A DNA stretch of 64,000 nucleotides. It comes from Lophium mytilinum (taxonomy: Eukaryota). The notes under the pieces are model-generated. The model had not been told where the DNA came from. It saw only the letters and a program-made list of their open reading frames with translations, and did not search any database. This document shows positions 1-11,431 of the stretch, in pieces (the first letter of the stretch is position 1; each line of letters begins with the position of its first letter). The stretch is from contig MU004187.1 of NCBI GenBank assembly GCA_010093605.1, positions 1,974,882 to 2,038,881 on the forward strand, written 5' to 3'. The translations under genes were made by a program, and so were the position numbers.

Positions 1-542
1 AGCCATCGCTAATGTTGACTAGAATGGGATCATGAACCCTTACAAGTATCTATAAAAGTGCATCAGGCAGGCCACTTATCACAATTGAGGGTTCTGTATG
101 CATTCATCCGCCAATATAATACTTCTCAGTTCTCTGGTAACGTCACCTGTTCTGCTTCCTCTTCCTAAGCCATCTGCGTTGACACGCCCACTACTTTTGA
201 CGCTTCTTACGTTCAGGCATCTTGTGAGGCTAGAGGCTGGTATCCGTTATCCCGTTGAGAAATTCAACACCTGTGCGTGCGCCGGTATTGTCGCCATTTC
301 TCCTATTTTTGTGACTCTTGCGTGGAAGAGGTAGGATTCGGAGTAGAAGCTACCGAATCCTAAAGACCGCTGCGAAGACCTCCAAGGTGTCCTTTCTTCT
401 CGGTGTCCGTGGCAAGAATTTAAGCAAATTTGCTTTAAAAGTAGGTAGTGTTCTATTGCAACTAACTTCAAATAACCGTCAAAGACCACAATGCTCCTAT
501 GTATGATTGTTCTTACATGCAGGTTAAAAGCTGATCCTATTT

Positions 543-1583
543 TCATTCTGCAAGCAATGCTGTCGCGTTCTTTTCGTAAATCTCCGCTCGTTCCTCTTCG
601 TTGAACAGATCTTCGAGCCCATCCTTCATCCGCTCCGCGAAGTTCTTGACAAACGGTGTTTGTGTGAACGGAAAATCACTTCCATACAGCAGTCGGCGAT
701 GGTCAATATTGTAACCCTCGAGTAAAGCCTTCAACTGTCCACTCCCACCTTTGTCTCCCGCAAATACAAAGCCAGCCAGATCGAAATAAAATTGCCGTGC
801 CACAGCTCCGCGAACCTCTTGGTCAACCAACACGGGTCCAGCCGGCACGACGGAAGAGAAGCCGATGAAACGTGAGAGTACAGGTGGCAGACATCCTCCG
901 GAGTGAGGGATGATAAAGCGAATGTTCGGACAACGGGCCACAGTGCCACTCAAGAAGAGATTCGTTACCGCGCGTGCCGTGTCAAAGAAGAATTCGTACA
1001 TCGGGATCGGATGTTTGGCAGCAAGTGGAGTCGCGTTGACCAGTGTAGGTGGCTCCGAGGCGGAGTTTTGGCAGATTACGCAAGGCATAGTAGGATGGAT
1101 GAACACTCTCGCCTTCAACCTGTCCAATTCCTGGAACACTGAGTCGAAGATGTCAGAGCCTAAGTAGTTTCCGTGGTAGTTGGTCAGGAGACCAAACCCG
1201 TCTGCCCCCTCTTCTTTAGCCTTCTTAATCTCCTCAAAGGTAGCATCAATGTCTGGCAGTGGTAGAGCGGCCCAGTAGCCAAATTTGTCTGGGTGGTCAC
1301 GCTTTAGAGACGCGGCATACGAGTTGCAGAAGCGCGTCAAGCGTATATTGAGGGCGTTGTCTTTGGCGTTGATGTTTGTCCCTGGAGAGCTGATGCTCAG
1401 GATCGATTTGGTGACATTTGCTTTCTTCATCATCTCAAGGTGGCCTTCGAGAGACCACGTCGGTATGGCTGGCATTCCATCAGGCTTCGAGTGGCCATTC
1501 TTTCGAAGCTCGTCGCAGTACTCAGGAGGAAGGAAGTGAGAGTGGACGTCTATCCGTGGTGGTAGCTGAGAATCATCGCCCAT
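543..1583 (-). CDS. Amidohydrolase-2 family metal-dependent decarboxylase/hydrolase (ACMSD / 6-methylsalicylate decarboxylase-like)
   Basis: Intronless ORF; likely start MGDDSQLPP at 1583. Motifs IDVHSH (HxH), FIHPT, IPHSGG and LYGSDFPF. TATATAA on the minus strand about 125 nt upstream. Confidence 0.88.
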   Translation of the reverse strand: MGDDSQLPPRIDVHSHFLPPEYCDELRKNGHSKPDGMPAIPTWSLEGHLEMMKKANVTKSILSISSPGTNINAKDNALNIRLTRFCNSYAASLKRDHPDKFGYWAALPLPDIDATFEEIKKAKEEGADGFGLLTNYHGNYLGSDIFDSVFQELDRLKARVFIHPTMPCVICQNSASEPPTLVNATPLAAKHPIPMYEFFFDTARAVTNLFLSGTVARCPNIRFIIPHSGGCLPPVLSRFIGFSSVVPAGPVLVDQEVRGAVARQFYFDLAGFVFAGDKGGSGQLKALLEGYNIDHRRLLYGSDFPFTQTPFVKNFAERMKDGLEDLFNEEERAEIYEKNATALLAE

Positions 1584-1940
1584 TGTCTGATGTTTGTAGT
1601 CTTTGTTGATTATATTCTTGATGCTTGAGTAGTTTGGTTCGGAGAGCACCAGCAGCCTCAAAATCAGATATGTAATCCGGATCGCAGGAACAACGGGGCA
1701 CCTGGACTTATATAGCAGAATTAATGCACACTGCATCCACTAAGCATGCACACCTGGCGCCACTACATTTCGGTGAATGGATCTACCCGCCGCTGCCCCA
1801 CTACCCCTCTGCCTCCGATCCCTTCCCCGATGCCGCCGCCGTCGACGTGTGTCACTCACAACTCCGTCCTCGAGTTATGACCTTTATAACCGCCACCCCA
1901 CCCCCCACAACACCCGACCGCTGCATACGAGGTCGCCAGG

Positions 1941-4142
1941 ATGGAGAAGGTTACGGATAAGATTGCCGCCCTGCCCAGCGATGCGCACTACTTCTCGCTG
2001 GAGTTCTTCCCGCCGAAAACGGCCATGGTAGGCATTCTCTAGCCACAAAAACCTTTTAGCGGCGTTGGCGATCAATTGACACGTCTCCACAGGGTTTTGC
2101 AAACCTCCAGAACCGACTGGAGCGCATGTCCCGGGCGCTGCGTCCGCTCTTCGTGACGGTAACGTGGGGTGCCGGCGGTTCCACAGCCACCAAGTCTCTC
2201 GAGCTCGCCGAAATCTGCCAGCGCCAATTGGGCCTGACGACATGTCTGCATCTGACCTGCACGAACATGAGCCGCTCCCTTGTGGACGACGCGTTGGAAC
2301 AAGCAAAGGCGCTGGGCATTCGCAATATCCTAGCGTTGCGGGGAGACGCGCCTAGGAGCGAGGAATACCGCAATGAAGAGAAGCCCGAAGAGGAGGACTC
2401 GAACAATGACTTCACCTGGGCTATAGATCTGGTGCGCTATATTCGCAAGCAATATGGAGACTACTTCTGCATTGGCGTGGCTGCGTATCCCGAGGGCCAC
2501 TCCGATCAGTCACATCCGCAAGACCAGGATCCGCTCTTCGACTTACCCTACCTAGTGGAGAAAACAAAGGCCGGGGCAGACTTCATAATGACACAACTGT
2601 TCTTTGATGTCGAGGCGTTTGACAAGTTTGAGAAGCTGCTGAGAGAGCATGAGTCAGGGGTCTTCAAGACAATACCCATAATACCCGGTTTGATGCCGAT
2701 CCAGAGCTATCAGATCCTACGGAGAGTCACCAAGCTGAGTCATGCGAAGCTGCCAGATAAGTTGCTCACTCGACTGGATGCCGTAAAGGGCGACGACGAA
2801 CTGGTTAAGCAGGTTGGAGTGGAGATCTTGAGCGAAGTAATAGATCACGTCAAGACAACCCCCAGTCCAGTGAGGAGAGGTTTTCATTTCTACACCTTGA
2901 ATCTGGAGAAGGCGGTAGCACACATTTTAGAACGATGTCACCTCATACCTCCAATTCAGCCAGACGAGGATGAAGCTGTGGCTGTGGACTTCTCCAAAGA
3001 CTTTGTGCCTCCTGAGGGCGCGCTGAAATCAAAGCACCGACGAAGGGTGTCTTCTGTCAACTCTGGGCCCCGTAATCGCGTAGTTGTGGAGACGCACACC
3101 AAATCAAGCAATACCAGCTTTGAAGCACGAGAGGACGAGGCAGGTGTACCACGAGACCCAATCAACACGAGAGCAAATACTCTTGCAATTTCAGAAGGAG
3201 AGGGTTCATTAGGACGGGAAGCTACTTGGGATGATTTCCCGAACGGACGATGGGGTGACGCAAGATCGCCAGGTACGAAAACTAACTCTTTAACTTAGTC
3301 TCAAGCCAAGAAAGTTTACTGATATTTATAGCATTCGGCGAAATCGATGGATATGGTCCTAGTCTTCACCTACCTACACCCCAGGCCTTGAAGCTATGGG
3401 GCCATCCAGTCACCGTTGAAGAAGTTTCGAATATATTCAGACGCCACATATCCGGTGACCTAGACGCCCTACCATGGAGTGAGGAGGGGCTGAATCCTGA
3501 AACTAACACCATTCGTAACGAACTTCTTCGCCTGAACGGTAAGGGTTGGTGGAGCGTGGCCAGTCAGCCTGCAGTAAACGGTCTCAAGAGCACTGACCCT
3601 ATCTTTGGGTGGGGACCAAGAAATGGCTTCGTCTTTCAAAAGGTACGTTCTTTTAGCCATGACAGTGCTTGTGTTTGCTAATGACAACACTCTAGCCCTT
3701 CGTCGAACTATTCATCCCGTCAGCAGACTGGTTCAAGCTACAAGCGCGCTTGGACCAGACCGACCAGATGACCTACTTTGCAGGAAACAAAGCAGGCCAT
3801 TTTTCGGCGTCGAACGAAGAATCAGTGAACCCCGTCACGTGGGGCACATTCGCTGGGAAGGAGTGAGTTCCTCAACACTTACGGCTTAGTCCTATAGACT
3901 GCATGAAAAGATTCTAACATAAGAACAGGATTATCACCCCCACAATTGTCGAGTCTGTTTCTTTCCGCGCCTGGCTGGAAGAAGCATTTAGCATCTGGGC
4001 TGAATGGCAGCGCATATACCCCACCCGATCCGCGACGTCGAAGCTGCTGGGCGGCATCATGAACGACTACTGGCTTGTCAATATCATCCACCACGGCTAT
4101 CTAGAGAAGGGTGCGCTTTGGGATTTCCTTAACGAGGACTAG
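1941..4142 (+). CDS. MET12: Methylenetetrahydrofolate reductase, MET12/MetF type
   Basis: Exon 1 MEKVTDKIAALPSDAHYFSLEFFPPKT; then VTVTWGAGGS, LHLTCTN, LALRGD, VAAYPEGH, FIMTQLFFD, HFYTLNLE, TWDDFPNGRWGDARSP, SQPAVNG, WGPRNGFVFQK. Introns approx 2028-2092, 3273-3331, 3643-3695, 3862-3929; TAG ends at 4142. Confidence 0.93.
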
Positions 4143-4685
4143 GTGGAACTGTAGTGTACTAGTGCAGATTTCCCTGGTTGCCATTTAATCCTGAATATTA
4201 TCATCAAAAGCTTGTGTGTATTCAATATAATGAGCAGCAAACGCCTTGAAGGTAGCTCAATACGCGTTCGGTTTTACTTTCAATCTTCGGAAGCGTTCCA
4301 GGGACACTACATTAATGTTTCTAGATCCAGATAACTTAGGACAGACATGAACAAAATCGTCCCATTTCAGTATCTTTGGTACTTTAATAACCTTCCCGCG
4401 GTTCCGCCATCCACAAAAAGACAGACGTGGTGGGTACCCAGGTAAACGAGGCCGTTGAACCCTGGAAAGCTCGCAGCCAGACCTATCCTACGCGTCACCA
4501 TCTTCCCACAGTGTAGTATAGAAATAGGTCCGCACCCTCCATACACAATCTATTCAATGCCATTGTGCACTCCGAGCCTTTCGACACCCGTTCGCCTCTC
4601 TGAACATCACACCTTCAAGCCGTAACGGTACCTTGCCTTCTCCATCCCCAGCCCCCGATCATAGGCTTACCCTCTCTAGCCTACA

Positions 4686-5510
4686 ATGCGCCAATCTCTA
4701 TACCTCGCCGCCGTCGCCCTCGTGGCCAACGTGGCCACTGGCATCCCCCTCGGCCCCAAAGGGAGCTTCTTTCACCCCGCGATCCCAAGCACCAATACTG
4801 CTGCTACGTTAAAATTGCTCCATAATGCCCATGACCGGGCGAACAATGGTAGCGAAGGTATTGCTGGAAATAAAACTGAGGCTACGGCCAAGCACGACGT
4901 TGAGCTGCCGAAGAAGATCGAGGACCGCCCAGTGACGCACCAATTTCTTGGGCACCCATGGTTCCCCGATTGGTTTCCACCATATAGATCCTACAAAGAT
5001 AAAGACATTGGTAGAGGCAAGCGTGTTGGTGGGCGTGTAGGTATTATCAAGCCTGCGAAGAGGGAGGACGGAGAGGTGCCGAAGAAGATCGACGACGTCC
5101 CGGCGGCGGATGGAGGCGACGGTGTTGCTGGAAACACAACTGAGTCTACGACCAAGCACTACACGGAAGAAAACTGGAAGTCAATGTCGGCATGGCAAAA
5201 ACTAGACATGGAAGACAGGTGGCGGCGGCATTTTTGCGGGCATGCAATCTTGTGCGTGCCACTGCCCCTAAATATGTCCAGATGGGATGAATTCAAGGGT
5301 CCATCTGAGCGTCACAAGACTATTACGCCTACGAAGAAGCAGGACGGAGAGGTACCGAAGCGGTCCCAGAAGTTCCCGTGGGTCGGGAAAACCCCTCCGG
5401 AGGGTCTAGGAAAGCGAGATACTACGTATCGGCCTATTCGGATTACGGAGTTCAATAGTGAGGGCGAGGTGGTGAAGGAGCAGACCTTGATGAGGAAGAT
5501 GCAGGCATAG
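4686..5510 (+). CDS. Secreted hypothetical protein with internal degenerate repeats and several KR/KK/RR sites (possible Kex2-processed precursor)
   Basis: 274-aa intronless ORF. Signal-peptide-like N-terminus MRQSLYLAAVALVANVATG/IP. Repeats G(I/V)AGN.TE.T.KH, E(L/V)PK(K/R) and P.K(R/K).DGEVPK are also visible in the DNA. Confidence 0.75.
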   Translation: MRQSLYLAAVALVANVATGIPLGPKGSFFHPAIPSTNTAATLKLLHNAHDRANNGSEGIAGNKTEATAKHDVELPKKIEDRPVTHQFLGHPWFPDWFPPYRSYKDKDIGRGKRVGGRVGIIKPAKREDGEVPKKIDDVPAADGGDGVAGNTTESTTKHYTEENWKSMSAWQKLDMEDRWRRHFCGHAILCVPLPLNMSRWDEFKGPSERHKTITPTKKQDGEVPKRSQKFPWVGKTPPEGLGKRDTTYRPIRITEFNSEGEVVKEQTLMRKMQA

Positions 5511-5856
5511 GGATTTGCTGAAGACTTGGGGGTCAAAGAGTGTCGGATGGAGTGGGAGTTGGAGCGTTGGATGGGGGCGTTCTGGTGTCCGGAGAACGGC
5601 GCGACGTTTGAGCCGTTGGGCTGTGGAAGGACTGGGTCTCTGCTTTGTAGATGCAGTTCTGTCATATAGAGTTCCAATGGTACCTTTCATTCCATGAGAA
5701 CCCTTTTTCGTCGGAGACCTGATATTGTTCAGATAATCCCCCGAAGAATTTTGGCTCGAAGTGCCGAGTGGGCTGCGGCGCATTCTCCTGGAACAAAGCA
5801 CTCTAGCCATTTGCCATCCTGTATCGAGCTTGAGGATATGGACAGACTGATGGTGG

Positions 5857-7238
5857 TCAGTCCTCATCATCATCATACGCCGCTGCAAGCCGTCTTGTGT
5901 GAGCTAGTCTTCGTCTCTCTTGCGTTGTCATTAGTCGGGGCTGCTGTGTGACTCTGTCCGGGATCGCTCTCTCAATGATAGCTGCTTCTTTGCTTGAATC
6001 TGTGTCCGGCGACGACGTGACAGTCGCATTCGACGAAGTAGGTGAAGCATCACGAACAATCTTCTCGCTCTGTACTTCGCCCCACGGAATAATCCACTCG
6101 CTGAGCCCTGTCCTAAGGGACGGATGCCGCGGGATGACAGGTAACGATCTGGGATTGGAGGCTATGGGTTTGCGGGGTATTGACTGCCTTTCATCCTGGC
6201 TCGGGGTGATCTCTTCGCTTATGGGTAGATCGGGCATACTTCGTGTTGCTGGGAGACAGCCTGGAAGCTCGGGATACGGTTTGCCGTTTTGTTGGAGGAT
6301 TGGGAGCGAGGGAAAATATCCCGAGGTGCCTCTGAGACTCAGGTGTGGACGAAGGCTGTCCTCTGACGAGGCGATAGCAGGTAGCGCGACGGGCATGATA
6401 GTCACTGGTTCTAGTGAGTTGTTAGCTTTGCAAATGTGTTCAGTGTAATCATGTACATACCTGGTAAGTTCTCGCTTGCGATCTCTATCTCTTGCGCGTT
6501 CATCTGCAGATCACTTCTTGTACTGAAGCTTCTTCTTTTCCTTCTTGAGTAAGGGCCAAGATGGGAGTCTTCGGTCATCTCGCCTGATCCTCGCCCCGGA
6601 ACCAACAAGGTAGGAGAGCTATCGTCCGATGCCCCAAGTCTTAGGTCCATCTCCACACCTTGCATAGCTTGGACCGCAATCATCAGGCTCTGATGACATG
6701 TACTCAGGGCTATCTGCCTGGTAATGAGCTTCTGCTGATTCCGTAACACCCATTCGAACTTATTTTTCATCTTAACCTCCACGCGACCATCCATATCTAT
6801 CCTCGCGTTTTCAACGTATAGCCCGAGGTCGTTGAGCGCCCGCTGTACGTCCATGATCGTCCCATCAATCCAATTTCTTTCTCGCGGGAAGCTTGCGAAA
6901 TGATCTGCCACTCTGCGACAGCGACGCAGTCGGAAAGCTTCATCTACGTCATGGCGGACGCGTTCAATCAGCGATATGAAGACGCGGTTGTCGTCCGAGA
7001 CCTCTTTGAGAGCTGTAACGAAATCAACGAATCCAAAGATGGTTGAGATAGCGGTGAAAATGCTACTCGAGCCTGGGTCGGAGAATCTATGTTGTTTTCC
7101 AGCTTCTCCAGGCGGTTCCATGGACTTGCGGCGTTGTTCATTACTTTGGAAGGATTTCCTGTGGTTCTTGGTGACTCCCGTCGAACGTGTGAGGGTAGAG
7201 GCCATTGTCGATGAATATATGGCTGAGTGGCCATCCAT
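5857..7238 (-). CDS. Hypothetical protein with HeLo-like/fungal STAND N-terminal helical domain and Pro/Ser-rich tail
   Basis: Two ORFs joined by a 50-nt intron at 6411-6460 (GTATGT...GCTAAC...TAG). DPGSSSIFTAISTIFGF hydrophobic helix, then heptad-like helices and KFEWVLRNQQKL...LSTCHQSL, typical of HeLo-like domains. Confidence 0.62.
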
Positions 7239-9161
7239 CAGACCTCTTAGAAGTGTAGTATAGGGTTGGTCGAACGCTGCGAAATATGAGGGGCTACAGC
7301 GGATGGAATTGGGCGGGGGTGTTTAGGCAATCTTCGTACGAGGGCCGTGCTGCGGCACAGTAACGTGGGAGAGCGCTCTGGATCAGTGATACTCTGGCTG
7401 GCTGTAACACTCAAAGCCTCGCAGAAAGGGAGAGCTGGTCAACGAGACGACAGGTGAGTCAAGATGTAAAGCGCTGAGAAGGCAGTAAGATTGCAGCTAG
7501 AAGCATAGGATGGAGTTGAGAAGGCTATGCGGCACAATAAACAAGCTTCTGCGAAGTAGTCCTGTCGAGGGTCTTCAGATCTGCATAGAATACGCAAGTC
7601 TAGAGGCACAGCAACATGAACGAAAGAGCGTGGAAGGTCTAAGCAGCGCGTGACTAAACCATATTGTTGTGGTATGTGTGAGGCTGAGAGACAGGCAGTG
7701 CCGCAGAAGACGGGAATCGGGTACCACTTCTCGCCGTGTAGGCACAAAAATAGACAGTTGTGCCCGTGGCTACCGCACAGCCTCGTGTGCTGAACCGGCA
7801 GAGTGCATGAAGCTTGCGAGGTGCATGGGGGAGTTGACGCCCCGACGCCGGATCAAGCAATGGTTGCCCTGGTGCCGAGCGAGTGTCATCCGAAAGCCCT
7901 CTATTTGTTACACAGTGTGGGTACTTCGTAGGAATGAAGTCCACAGGCATGACGTCCACAAGCATGGCAAAAATATGCCTTGGTCGCCTTGGACTCTTAC
8001 ACTAAGGCTGATGCGAACAAAGTCAATGGCCGCTTTCATACAAGGGTGTGAATTGAGCGATGATAAAGCGAATTCGAACTTTCTTTGCAAGGCTGTACGT
8101 AAAGTTATTGTGAACCAACAATTAAGCTAGTATATAGATTCAAAATTTCAGGTTTCAATCAAAATTGCCTTCCTGGTCTAGTTGGTTATGACGTCGCTCT
8201 CATAATACTATGTTATGACTTCGATCATCGAAGATATGCGAAGGTCGGCAGTTCGATCCTGTCGGAGGGCATTCCTTTTTGTTCTCGTCTTTTTGTGTGA
8301 ATGAATGAAGTATCTTAGCACAAGACATGCGAGAAGAGACCTAAGGCTTCAGAGTTAAACATTTTCATTTTTTTTCATATTCCCAGCTCTGTGTCTCTCT
8401 CACATCTTGGAGAGCCACGTTGGCAGCACTCGAGTACCCATTGCCAGGAAGGTGAACATAGGAATACCAACTACAGGGGAACCACAATGACCAGATTAAC
8501 GCTCCCAACCTTTTCTGCCAAAGAAGAGGTGACGACGATGTTTTTAGGGAGGTGGATCATAGTTCGCAGCAGCGAAAGGCCTAGCTAGAGACTGTGGAAG
8601 CCGCGTTTCTGGTAATAGTCACGCTATGCCCAAGAGCTACTCTTGACACAAAACGCAGGAAAGCTTGGAATGTACACGCGTACGCTGCATTCATGCTTAC
8701 ACTGAGGCACAACTGGATTAACCTCCTTGTAATCGACTAGGAATAGCAGGTGTGGGCTTCCTCTCCGTTACGTAGCGATAATCTAGAGACGGGATGAGAT
8801 TTATGTATTTTTATCCGTGAAAGATGAAATCCTGGCGCTACCGGCCCAGATAAGAGACTATTGGAATCTTAGGTTCGAGATTCAGCCTCGTGAGATAACG
8901 AAAGCTTAGGACAATGTAGAAAGCATCATTTGTGGCTCAAATATCTAACACTGATCTTTCATGGGTATTGCTGACCTTCCTACGCGACACCTGCTTCATA
9001 GAACAACGGGTATTCCGAAAACAACAATCCTCTTAGTGAAATAGATGATCATCCTATCATTCATTACTCGTGTCTACTCCAAATCCATAGGTAAACTATA
9101 GAGAGCATGTAACTCTCAACAAGATTGAGCAACCCACCACTACGCGAATAATATCCCCAGC

Positions 9162-10571
9162 TCACTCATCTATCTGCCGAACTACCAATTCACTAAAAGT
9201 CCGCGGGGGACTAAACCTTCTGCCCTCTTCATCCATAATCTGCTCCAGTGCAGGGAAAATGACAAGACTGCCCGGCGCCATGGTCCGAGAATCTGGCCAC
9301 TCCAGTCTCCACGAGCTGCGTTGAGAGAACAAGACGAACGCGAAGGTAGCAGCTCGCTTGATGATCTCCTCCAAATTCCGTCGTCGGGTACTGTGATCCA
9401 TTCGAGTAACAGCGAATGGAGCCAAGATCGCTTCTAAGACTTCTGTAGTTTTTAGGATATTGGGGTTGCGAGCATCTTGCGGGCCGAATGGGTTCAGAAG
9501 ATAGGCGTTTTTGATGCATTCGGCGGTTATTGCCTTCCAGTTCGTCGTAAACGCGTCCCACGCTATGCATAAGTTAGCTATGCTCGTAAGACTATTAAAC
9601 GATCGAGGCCTACCTTTGGGCTCCCAATTTAAAGCGCTCATAGAGGAGGAGCATTCAACGACTTCTGGAGGTAGCAAAGTGGTCCTGGGGTCGCCGTTGA
9701 GTTTGCTTCTTGATATTATGACCCAAGCAATACAGAATCTTAGGCCAACTTCTCGTGTCGTCGGATTCGACAGCAATGTGCCCAGGGTTCCGACTGAGAT
9801 GGGCATGTTATCTCCAAGAGCTTGGAGAGCATCAAGATCGACCGTGCCAGAGTCAACAAGAGACTCATGATAGTAGCTCTGAACATGGTTTTTGATCAAG
9901 GTGCTAAGTTTCGTGATATCTCCAGAGATGGCACTATCTTCGAGAGGGAGCGGTAGGTGGTTTTCGACTACTCTCAAAGTCGAGTCCGAGCTAGCCTTGG
10001 GGAGTGTTCCAAGAATGGGTTGCTTTTCGGGTCCCGCATGAGCTGCTGCGCCGTGGTTTGGAAATCCAGCCTGGTTTTTGTTTCTCGATCTGCGCATCAG
10101 AAGCCAAACGATGAACCCGGCGATGGCTGCCCCTATGACGAGACAGGCGATGGCAATGCCAGCGGTCGCTCCTCCAGACACACCAGACTTGGACGTATGA
10201 ATTTTGCCTGTGCTCGTAGGTGATGCGGTGGACTGAGTGGCACTCAGGGCATTTCCAGAATTCGCGGTAGAGGTAACAGAAGATAAGCTTTGGCCTGGTG
10301 TTGGATTGGACATAGTTGTCTGTGTATCTGTCCCAGATTGCACAATGGAAGAAAAGGATGTTGGAGCTGATGAAGACGGCGCGGCAAAAGTGTGAGGATT
10401 ACTCTCGTACCAAATTACACCATCGCTCGCAACTGAAAACCAGATTCCATCGAAAGAAACACCTGGGTCGCCTGGTACTACGGCAGTATTGCTTAAGAAC
10501 AGGGTACCTGACACCAGAGATGCCGTAATCGGGGGCTTATTCAACACAGTCAATGTTATCGTAGAGGTCAT
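9162..10571 (-). CDS. Single-pass membrane protein: Ser/Thr-rich N-terminal region, one TM helix, cytoplasmic helical domain ending in a GrpE/MIEAP-like motif
   Basis: S/T-rich stalk; TM segment GGATAGIAIACLVIGAAIAGFIVWLLM followed by RRSR; 51-nt intron at 9563-9613; C-terminal LVIFPALEQIMDEEG. Confidence 0.75.
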   Translation of the reverse strand: MTSTITLTVLNKPPITASLVSGTLFLSNTAVVPGDPGVSFDGIWFSVASDGVIWYESNPHTFAAPSSSAPTSFSSIVQSGTDTQTTMSNPTPGQSLSSVTSTANSGNALSATQSTASPTSTGKIHTSKSGVSGGATAGIAIACLVIGAAIAGFIVWLLMRRSRNKNQAGFPNHGAAAHAGPEKQPILGTLPKASSDSTLRVVENHLPLPLEDSAISGDITKLSTLIKNHVQSYYHESLVDSGTVDLDALQALGDNMPISVGTLGTLLSNPTTREVGLRFCIAWVIISRSKLNGDPRTTLLPPEVVECSSSMSALNWEPKGRPRSFNSLTSIANLCIAWDAFTTNWKAITAECIKNAYLLNPFGPQDARNPNILKTTEVLEAILAPFAVTRMDHSTRRRNLEEIIKRAATFAFVLFSQRSSWRLEWPDSRTMAPGSLVIFPALEQIMDEEGRRFSPPRTFSELVVRQIDE

Positions 10572-11431
10572 CTTGATGTAGCGGTGGAGGCCTTATGGGA
10601 ATACACAAGACGTGGAAAGAGTGGAACAAGCGCCAACAGAGGCAATAGAGCAGACAAAAAGATTGCAACAAAAATGGAGCCTGCCACACAGGCAAAGACT
10701 CAAAGGTGGTATTCTGCGAGGATGCCGATCGTAGAGCTGAGGAGACGTCCGGGTAGAAGAACACTCCTAGGCCACCTGCACTAATATCATGGCCCCCAAG
10801 GACGGATGAGGCACAGTCGATGCACGAAATCACAGCCTTGCGCGAAACATTGCTAGGTCTCAAACGAGTGGATCATGTTGAAAGATGGAACTGGGGCAGT
10901 GCTTTGTCCTTTCTTCAAGGCGCCCGATCAGGGGATGTGGTGCGCCGGAGGCTGGGGTAGCTGCATAAGGGAGTTTTAGAGGGACCAAATATTGTGAACC
11001 ACAATTGGAAGAGATCACCTAGAATAACTCGAGATGCCTTCATCAGAACTTCTTCACTATAAAGATGAAGTTATCAAAACTGATATCAGTAACGTTGATA
11101 ACAACGCTCTCGAATAATACGGGAGCGATAAGGAGAGGAAACTCTTCGAACCATTAACATATTGGGGGCCGAAAAAAGAAAGAGTAGATGAAGCGCTTAG
11201 CAGCAGAAAACGGCATTAGTATGACTAGCAGGATCGCTACACACTTGCCGCTCAATTTAGAAGCCTCCAATGATCAACGAATAACTGGGGGCCAGCTGCT
11301 GTGCCGCGAGGCTGTGACAACTGCAGGGCGACGGCACTGCCCGCCCCTAGGTCACATCCCGGCCCTACACATAAGGTAGCTGTTCTGCTCAAGAGTATCG
11401 ATATACTAGACGCAGAATAAAGCAAGAAAAG

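Noticed and set aside
1..334. Possible terminal exons of a plus-strand gene entering from the left (branch site and TAG at 8-22, donor-like GTATGC at 96)
   Set aside because: No recognisable protein motif and the frame cannot be fixed without upstream sequence.
7300..9150. ORFs of 60-153 aa in the long intergenic gap, plus a GAATCT..GGTTCG..AGATTC hairpin near 8864-8883
   Set aside because: Mostly non-ATG starts, no domain signal or coherent splice pattern, and the hairpin does not extend to a tRNA cloverleaf.
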